Part shown: one piece after another, positions 57,865-64,000 of the stretch
Position numbering within the stretch: position 1 is the first letter of the stretch
How the letters are laid out: every line of letters begins with the position of its first letter
Origin: a virus
Virus record (IMG/VR): IMGVR_UViG_3300042507_005574
Length of the DNA stretch: 64,000 nt
Strand: one strand, 5' to 3'
Notes under the pieces: model-generated
The model's input: the letters and a program-made list of their open reading frames with translations, nothing else
Database searches by the model: none
Told to the model about the DNA's origin: nothing
Translations under genes and position numbers: made by a program

Positions 57865-59397
57865 ATGCCAATCACAGGAACAGTTCCATTAACAGGTGTA
57901 CTTGCCCCAACTTCAGAGTTGGCAACATATCCTGTTACAGATCCACGATGGGGTAAAGGTGGTCTTCGAACGGTAGGAACTACAGCAGATCGTGATTCTA
58001 TCCCTCAACTTCGTCGTGAAGAGGGAATGATTGTGTATGTAAGTGGTCTTAGTGGAGGACTATATTACACTCTAAAAGGCGGAACTGGAAATGAGCATTG
58101 GGAAATTTTCCAATCCGGAACTGGCGACACAGTATTCAATATCACAAATATTAGTGCCACAGGATTCTATGGTCTAACTGGTCCAACTAGTGGAAATTTC
58201 CCACAAGGAATTTCAGGAACAGGAGAAACTGGTGATCGCTTACTTATTGCTACAGGACCACCGGCAGATCCATTTAGAAATTACATAAGATTTGGAAATG
58301 CGTGGTTCCAAACAGGTGTTGTAGGAACTCAATCGCAATCGAACAATGTTCGTATTGCATCCCATACATTAACAGGTGTTGCTTCATTTGATCCTAGATT
58401 CTTTGGTGTTGGTGCTTCAGGACATGTTCTACTTGCTTCAGCATACCAAGTCACAGGCGATACAGTAGTTGCAGGAACTAATATTACAATAACAAGAGAT
58501 GGTAATACGGTTACTGTAAATTCAGATTCAAATGACTTCTACGGTCTAACTGGTCCAACTAGTGTAAATCTCCCACAAGGAATTTCAGGAACAGGAGAAA
58601 CTGGTGATCGTTTGCTCATCGCCACAGGACCACCGGCAGATCCATTTAGAAATTACATAAGATTTGGAAATGCGTGGTTCCAAACAGGTGTTGTGGGGAC
58701 TAGAGCAAATACATCTTTAGCAATTGTTGATTCGTTGACTGCGTCTTTCGGACCTGTAATACTTAAGGGAAATACTGCACAGAGTTTAAATGGGGAAACT
58801 ATTTCAGTTTCTTACCTAGGAGGGATTGCTCCTGCTACTGCATCTGTTCATTTAGTTGATCCTACGCAAGGAACAGGCTTTCCTGCGTATTTTCCAACTT
58901 CATCAATGGATACACTTACATTTACAAATCAAACAATAACAGCAGGGGTTGGAGAATCCGTAACACTTCGTCTTGTGGTCACAGGGCAACCAGGTCCAGC
59001 ATACACAGATATATTTGATTTATCCGTAAAGTTTGGAAATGCAATTTTATGGGGAAGTAGCAGTTTAACGAGCCTGAATGGCGTTGAAATACAATCTTTG
59101 GATAAAAGCATACTGGCTGCGAATAGTTCTGAACTATTTCCACACACAATTACCGCATCTGCCGGAAACGGTGAATTCATATTCTATGCCTTTCCAACTA
59201 GAATGGGTTTCAATATAAAGCACAGTATAAATAGTGGTGGATATGGAGGAATGCATTTCCAAGGCGAATATGGCATTCCTGGCGATGCGTCTGTAACCTC
59301 ATCGAATTCTTTGGGGTTTACGGAATCTTTCTATGTGGTAAGAAGCCGAAATGAAAATCTAGGTGATTCTCTAGAAGTTCGAACGGTAAAAACCTAA
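57865..59397 (+). CDS. tail fibre or virion protein with internal duplication
   Basis: Two copies of FYGLTGPTS...NAWFQTGVVG. Confidence 0.75.
   Translation: MPITGTVPLTGVLAPTSELATYPVTDPRWGKGGLRTVGTTADRDSIPQLRREEGMIVYVSGLSGGLYYTLKGGTGNEHWEIFQSGTGDTVFNITNISATGFYGLTGPTSGNFPQGISGTGETGDRLLIATGPPADPFRNYIRFGNAWFQTGVVGTQSQSNNVRIASHTLTGVASFDPRFFGVGASGHVLLASAYQVTGDTVVAGTNITITRDGNTVTVNSDSNDFYGLTGPTSVNLPQGISGTGETGDRLLIATGPPADPFRNYIRFGNAWFQTGVVGTRANTSLAIVDSLTASFGPVILKGNTAQSLNGETISVSYLGGIAPATASVHLVDPTQGTGFPAYFPTSSMDTLTFTNQTITAGVGESVTLRLVVTGQPGPAYTDIFDLSVKFGNAILWGSSSLTSLNGVEIQSLDKSILAANSSELFPHTITASAGNGEFIFYAFPTRMGFNIKHSINSGGYGGMHFQGEYGIPGDASVTSSNSLGFTESFYVVRSRNENLGDSLEVRTVKT
58165..58694 (+). repeat. 158-bp near-identical direct repeat (58165-58322 and 58537-58694); diverged third copy at about 60172-60325
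   Basis: Direct sequence comparison. Confidence 0.9.
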
Positions 59398-59409
59398 AGG
59401 GAAGCGTCG

Positions 59410-61266
59410 ATGCCAATTAGAATATCAGACTTAATAGAACAAATGAACCGTGAGCAAAATCTCACAGGTCCAGGATTTTTCCATCTAATTCATTCGGGAA
59501 ATGTTGATTTTACCGTCAATGGTATAGTCGGAACGGATGAGACAAAATTTGGATCGTATTTACCGGTTTCATACGGTCAAAAATATATTATAGAAAACGA
59601 AGCAAACTGGAATGCATTTAGTTCTAGCGCAGCCCTGCCATCAGGTTTTGGGTTGGGCGACATCTTACAAAGAGGATCGTCCACATGGGAAATCTATCTT
59701 GATGCGAGTAATTCTAAATCCGAAGGTGCTATTGTTTATAATAAGCACGACAACAAGTTCTATTTCTACGATGGGACTAATTGGGTTGCTGTCGGAACTG
59801 GTGCTGCTGGTGGAGGTGGAGACAGCGGCGTAACAGGAATTGGTTTTGGTGATGATGTTGGACTGACGGGTAAAGTTAATATTACTGGTGATGCTGGTGG
59901 TGTTGGTCTCGGTGGCGTTTACATAACAAGGGATGGAAACACCATTTCAGTAGGATTGTCCGCTGCTGGTGCTTCAACATATGTTCAATATAGAGATGCT
60001 AATGGCCGATTGGCGGGAAATTCAGGATTAAACTGGACTAATGTCACTAGAACTCTTGTTGTTGGTGACATTGGTTCTTCTTCCCCTTCTACATCGGGCA
60101 AAATTAGAATTGTCGGTTCCAAGGGTTATCTTCAATTCCCCGATGGAACAACACAAACTACTGCAAGAAATTTCTTTGGTTTAACTGGACCAACGCACCC
60201 GGATTTTGTTAAAGGAATATCCAGCAGCGGTCATACTGGTGACCGTTTACTGATTGCCACGGGACCATCTGCAAATCCATTTAGAACATATGTTCGGTAC
60301 GGAAATGCTTGGTTCCAAACTAATGTTGCTGGAGTTGGTAGAGCGGGAGCACAAGGAACTACAGGTCCAACTGGTGGATTTGATATCTCTGGTGTCACTT
60401 TCCAACAAAATACAGGAATTACTCATCAGTCAAATGACACTCTTGGAACCGACACAGGCAGAGCAAGAAAGATAATGTTCCTTCAAGATGATGGAACTTT
60501 GACATTTGATTATATTCGTAATTACGATGTATTTAAGCCAACAGACTTCACATTCTCAGTAAAAACATTTACAAGCAACATTTCATCACCTGTACTCATT
60601 GGAATAAACAACTACCTGTTGAGTGATGGGCCGGTAACGGTAAATGCAACTTATCAGTTCGGGCCTCCTATTACAGGAAATGTTTATGTGATAAATCCTA
60701 CGCAAGGAACAGGCTTTCCTGTTTACTTCCCAACAAGTGCTATGGATAGCATCACATTTAGTTCACAGACATTGACTGCTGCGGCAGGGGGAAGTTTGGT
60801 TCTCAGACTTGAAGCCACAGGTTATACGGGAGTAATAGGTGGACCAGGAAGACAAGTATCGACTAAAGATATAACAATTTCCTTTGCCAATTCTTTCCTT
60901 TATGGTGTTTCGGGGGGATCAAGTTTGGATGGAAGTTCTTTGGGAAGTGGATTTACTGGTAATTGGGTCACTAGAACCACCACAAATAGTATAGATCAAA
61001 CTTTCACTGTAAATGTTCCCGTTGGACAATACATTTACTTTGCATTCCCTGAAAGAATCGGTGAAGCGACATATCAAATAAATGACCTGGGTATCGGTGG
61101 ATTTAGTCCACAGGGTTTGAATGGAGTTCCTGGTGTCAGCGCACAAACTTGGGGTAATGCTAACGGTTATCGTGAAAAGTATTTCTTCTATCGATCAATA
61201 AACTCAGGTCTTGGTGATAACACTAAAGTTGATGTTGCTCCAATAACTAATCCTGAATTACTATAA
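59410..61266 (+). CDS. tail fibre or virion protein
   Basis: G/T-rich; shares modules with neighbouring genes. Confidence 0.72.
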   Translation: MPIRISDLIEQMNREQNLTGPGFFHLIHSGNVDFTVNGIVGTDETKFGSYLPVSYGQKYIIENEANWNAFSSSAALPSGFGLGDILQRGSSTWEIYLDASNSKSEGAIVYNKHDNKFYFYDGTNWVAVGTGAAGGGGDSGVTGIGFGDDVGLTGKVNITGDAGGVGLGGVYITRDGNTISVGLSAAGASTYVQYRDANGRLAGNSGLNWTNVTRTLVVGDIGSSSPSTSGKIRIVGSKGYLQFPDGTTQTTARNFFGLTGPTHPDFVKGISSSGHTGDRLLIATGPSANPFRTYVRYGNAWFQTNVAGVGRAGAQGTTGPTGGFDISGVTFQQNTGITHQSNDTLGTDTGRARKIMFLQDDGTLTFDYIRNYDVFKPTDFTFSVKTFTSNISSPVLIGINNYLLSDGPVTVNATYQFGPPITGNVYVINPTQGTGFPVYFPTSAMDSITFSSQTLTAAAGGSLVLRLEATGYTGVIGGPGRQVSTKDITISFANSFLYGVSGGSSLDGSSLGSGFTGNWVTRTTTNSIDQTFTVNVPVGQYIYFAFPERIGEATYQINDLGIGGFSPQGLNGVPGVSAQTWGNANGYREKYFFYRSINSGLGDNTKVDVAPITNPELL

Positions 61267-61276
61267 AGGATGACAA

Positions 61277-61672
61277 ATGGCTATTAGAGTTGGCGATGTA
61301 CTTGAGCAGTCGAATCGAAAGAACACAGTTTCCACATCTGATTTTTTCTACTTAATGGGAGTATCAGATATTGACTTTTCTGTTGATAAAATCCTTGAAT
61401 CTGGAGACACCAATATAGTCACAACTCTAGGAACAAAGTATGTAATACTTGATGCGGGAACTAACGACATCACTCCTGACGGATTAGGAAATAATGATAT
61501 TGTTAAGTATGACGGAAATGAGTGGATTATCTACAAAGATGTCAGTAACCCCGAAACTAATTTCGGAATAATTTATGACAAAGAAACTAAATTATTCTAT
61601 CAGTATGATCCAAGTGAAGGTTGGTTGGTTATGTTGAAAAGTGGGCAAATTGATGGTGGAACTTTCCCCTAA
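61277..61672 (+). CDS. virion protein, paralogous to the N-terminus of 59410..61266
   Basis: MAIRVGDVLEQ versus MPIRISDLIEQ; ends IDGGTF. Confidence 0.7.
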   Translation: MAIRVGDVLEQSNRKNTVSTSDFFYLMGVSDIDFSVDKILESGDTNIVTTLGTKYVILDAGTNDITPDGLGNNDIVKYDGNEWIIYKDVSNPETNFGIIYDKETKLFYQYDPSEGWLVMLKSGQIDGGTFP

Positions 61673-61697
61673 ATACATTTACTAAAGGAACAAAAAG

Positions 61698-62852
61698 ATG
61701 CCAGGACCAGGAGAATTTAATCCCCCCGCAACACCCGCTGATGGCGAAGGATACACATTTGGTGGTGTTGAATGGAAGTTTGACGCACAATTTGGCGTTT
61801 GGAACATTGCTGAAGGTACAATCATCGGTGGTATAGGACCGCCGGGTCCGGTTGGTCCTGCTGGTCCTCCGGGTGCGGGTGGGCCTCCTGGTCCTGCTGC
61901 TGTTGGTGGTGTCACGGGAATTGGTTTTGGTGATGATATTGGTTTGACTGGAAAGATCAACCTGACTGCTGCTTCCAATTCAGGAATTTCAATTAGTCAA
62001 AGTTCTAGAACAATAACTTTCAGTAATACGGGTATCACGGGGGTTAGGGCTAAAAATGCTAGTGCAGCCGGGGATTTTATTCACACTGGACTTTTAACTA
62101 TAACCGGTGGAAATGCTGTAAGTGTATTGAGTACAAGCACTGGCATAATCAATATTGATCTTAAGTCAGGAGTCACTGGTGATACAGTAGTTGCAGGATA
62201 CGGTATTGATGTTGTTGCTGACGGCAAAACAAAGACAATCAACAATACGGGTGTCACCAGTTTCAATGGATTGACAGGTTCAATCGTTGCAGGACAAACT
62301 GGATGTGTTGTTTTCAGACACACAAGCGGCCAATTAACTGGCAGCACAGAGTTCCAATATGATGGACTTGGACTAACTTACACAAGTAGTAGAATTCGTA
62401 TAGCAAATACAAATTTGAATTTAACCGTTACTGGTCCAAATATAACATTAGGACAACAAACGCAAATCACTGGTGGTATATTTACAAATCCTGCTGAAAA
62501 ATGTGCGTCTTTTGTTGTTACTGCCGATGACCTTGTAATTAATGGTGCGTCAGGATCAATTCAAAGATTTACAGTTACTCCATCAAATAGAGTTACTATT
62601 AAAGCAGGAACTGGATGGAACACAACAACTGATGGTGCCACCGAAACAATTGCAGTAATTGTTAAATGGGGCGGTGGATATTTAACTGGTTCATTTGATA
62701 ATACGATCATATCAGGAAATCCCGTTTTGTTTGGGGTTACAGGTGGAATTGAAATGTTTACCCTCATGCGTGTAAACATGGCAGGCGCAGGGTTAACCAT
62801 GGGACTCCCGATTGCGAATGGACTGACTGGAAGAAACTATAACTGGACTTGA
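61698..62852 (+). CDS. tail fibre-like protein with short collagen segment
   Basis: GPPGPVGPAGPPG; VTSFNGLTG. Confidence 0.72.
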   Translation: MPGPGEFNPPATPADGEGYTFGGVEWKFDAQFGVWNIAEGTIIGGIGPPGPVGPAGPPGAGGPPGPAAVGGVTGIGFGDDIGLTGKINLTAASNSGISISQSSRTITFSNTGITGVRAKNASAAGDFIHTGLLTITGGNAVSVLSTSTGIINIDLKSGVTGDTVVAGYGIDVVADGKTKTINNTGVTSFNGLTGSIVAGQTGCVVFRHTSGQLTGSTEFQYDGLGLTYTSSRIRIANTNLNLTVTGPNITLGQQTQITGGIFTNPAEKCASFVVTADDLVINGASGSIQRFTVTPSNRVTIKAGTGWNTTTDGATETIAVIVKWGGGYLTGSFDNTIISGNPVLFGVTGGIEMFTLMRVNMAGAGLTMGLPIANGLTGRNYNWT

Positions 62853-62867
62853 TACGGAGATAAATTA

Positions 62868-64000
62868 ATGGGATTTGCTTGGCACAAACTTTATAAAATT
62901 GTAGTAGATTCCGTAACAGGGGAAATTTGGTGCATTCCTAATGGTTATACCTGTGTTGGACCAGTAACCTCTGGAGAATTTTGTTATACCACAGGCTATG
63001 GAGTTGGTGGAATAACTGACTCCGGTGGAATTGGTGTGGGCGTAATCACAGGAGATCTTGAAACTATATGCGTGACAGTCACAGGTCAATCATGTACATT
63101 GGGATTTGGAGATGGCATCAGCGGTTTTATTAGTAGAACTGTTCTTCCTTGGATGTGGCAGACATCGTCTGGAAGATGGCATGATGGTGGCGCAGGCGAT
63201 GCAGCGAGTATTGAAGTACATGCAAGAATGAATGAAAAACCTTGGTGTCCAATTGATGTTCGATTTGAAACGCCAAGGTCATGTTGGAGAGCAAATGCTG
63301 TTGGGCAAAGTGGTGGAGTTTTTTGTCACACAGATTTACAGACCGCAGACGGCGGTATTCCATTTTACTTAAGAAGTCCATCCTCTCCTAGTTCTATTCC
63401 AGGACTAATAAATCTTCAGCGAGTTTCGCTACATTGGTATGAAACTCTTTTATGGCCGAAAGGAACAACTTTTGGCGGTGGTGAGCCATACTCTTTGAAT
63501 CATCAGTTTATAGAACGAAAAAATACAAGTTGTCAACAAAGAATACTTGTAGTTTCTGGCTACAACAGAGAGCATTTCGTGGGTCCATATGTTCCTGGTG
63601 TCGGATGTAGTCTATATGGAATAACTGCCTTTAATAAAGGAATTATAGATGGAAATCAATTAGAGAGAGCAGGCGGCGGTCTAGGTGGAGGAAACGGAAA
63701 AATTGCTAGAAATACTTTAGTTTACGGTTCAACTACAGGATCGTCAATATTAGAATTTTTTGACCCTTTAGTTAATACCGATTATGTTCGTGGCGTGACT
63801 GGCATTAAGGCTTTGGAAGAATCTCTCGGCAGATCCTTCCCGCTCTCTCACGATGTACTAGCATTCCCATTGTTTGGTGGATGGAATTATGTTAATTATT
63901 CACCAACAGGATCAACACAAGCCTGTTATGAGGGGGCAGATTGTGGTCCAGTTGAGTGTGAAGAAAACATGGGGTGCAGACGAGCAACATGTGCACGGTG
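62868..64000 (+). CDS. Gly/Cys-rich putative virion protein, truncated by the window end
   Basis: GGAG SD; ATG 62868 MGFAWHKLYKIVVDS...; absent from the ORF track, consistent with no in-frame stop before the window edge. Confidence 0.7.
   Translation, partial: MGFAWHKLYKIVVDSVTGEIWCIPNGYTCVGPVTSGEFCYTTGYGVGGITDSGGIGVGVITGDLETICVTVTGQSCTLGFGDGISGFISRTVLPWMWQTSSGRWHDGGAGDAASIEVHARMNEKPWCPIDVRFETPRSCWRANAVGQSGGVFCHTDLQTADGGIPFYLRSPSSPSSIPGLINLQRVSLHWYETLLWPKGTTFGGGEPYSLNHQFIERKNTSCQQRILVVSGYNREHFVGPYVPGVGCSLYGITAFNKGIIDGNQLERAGGGLGGGNGKIARNTLVYGSTTGSSILEFFDPLVNTDYVRGVTGIKALEESLGRSFPLSHDVLAFPLFGGWNYVNYSPTGSTQACYEGADCGPVECEENMGCRRATCAR

Noticed and set aside
58165-58694. Diversity-generating retroelement TR/VR pair
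   Set aside because: Differences are mostly synonymous T/C changes rather than adenine-specific, both copies are in frame in one gene, and no reverse transcriptase is in the window
62865-63381. Minus-strand ORFs at the window end
   Set aside because: Antisense to a + strand ORF starting at 62868 that runs off the window

Overview
A 64-kb segment of a large, AT-rich T4-like (myovirus-type) phage genome; essentially all credible genes are on the + strand. It contains: (i) 1-15.7 kb, an accessory region of late and early genes interleaved with 14 tRNAs, one atypical tRNA-like RNA and a tmRNA; (ii) 15.8-27.4 kb, the T4-type replication core (gp45, gp44, gp62, regA, gp43, uvsX) plus dUTPase, SpeD, a DNA methyltransferase, GroES-like gp31 and an i-type lysozyme; (iii) 27.4-38.3 kb, a sugar island between uvsX and the gp41 helicase (ADP-heptose-type enzymes, a GT9-like transferase, UDP-galactopyranose mutase, several GT-A enzymes, two methyltransferases); (iv) 40.3-54.8 kb, a lone tRNA-like element with a UAU anticodon, a ligase-like protein, a 1237-aa multi-module protein, virion proteins, primase and ThyX; (v) 54.9-64 kb, collagen-like and Thr-Gly-rich fibre genes. 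The most notable signal is a dozen or more proteins, many of them predicted enzymes, that start with a motif resembling the T4 capsid-targeting sequence (MKTYQEFIAE). Several appear to be polyproteins whose modules are separated by (L/I)xE prohead-protease-type sites, suggesting a capsid-packaged, protease-matured effector set that includes a RimK plus RimB-like pair. Other notable items are non-canonical tRNAs and apparently widespread leaderless transcripts. All family assignments come from motif recognition by eye; no searches were run.
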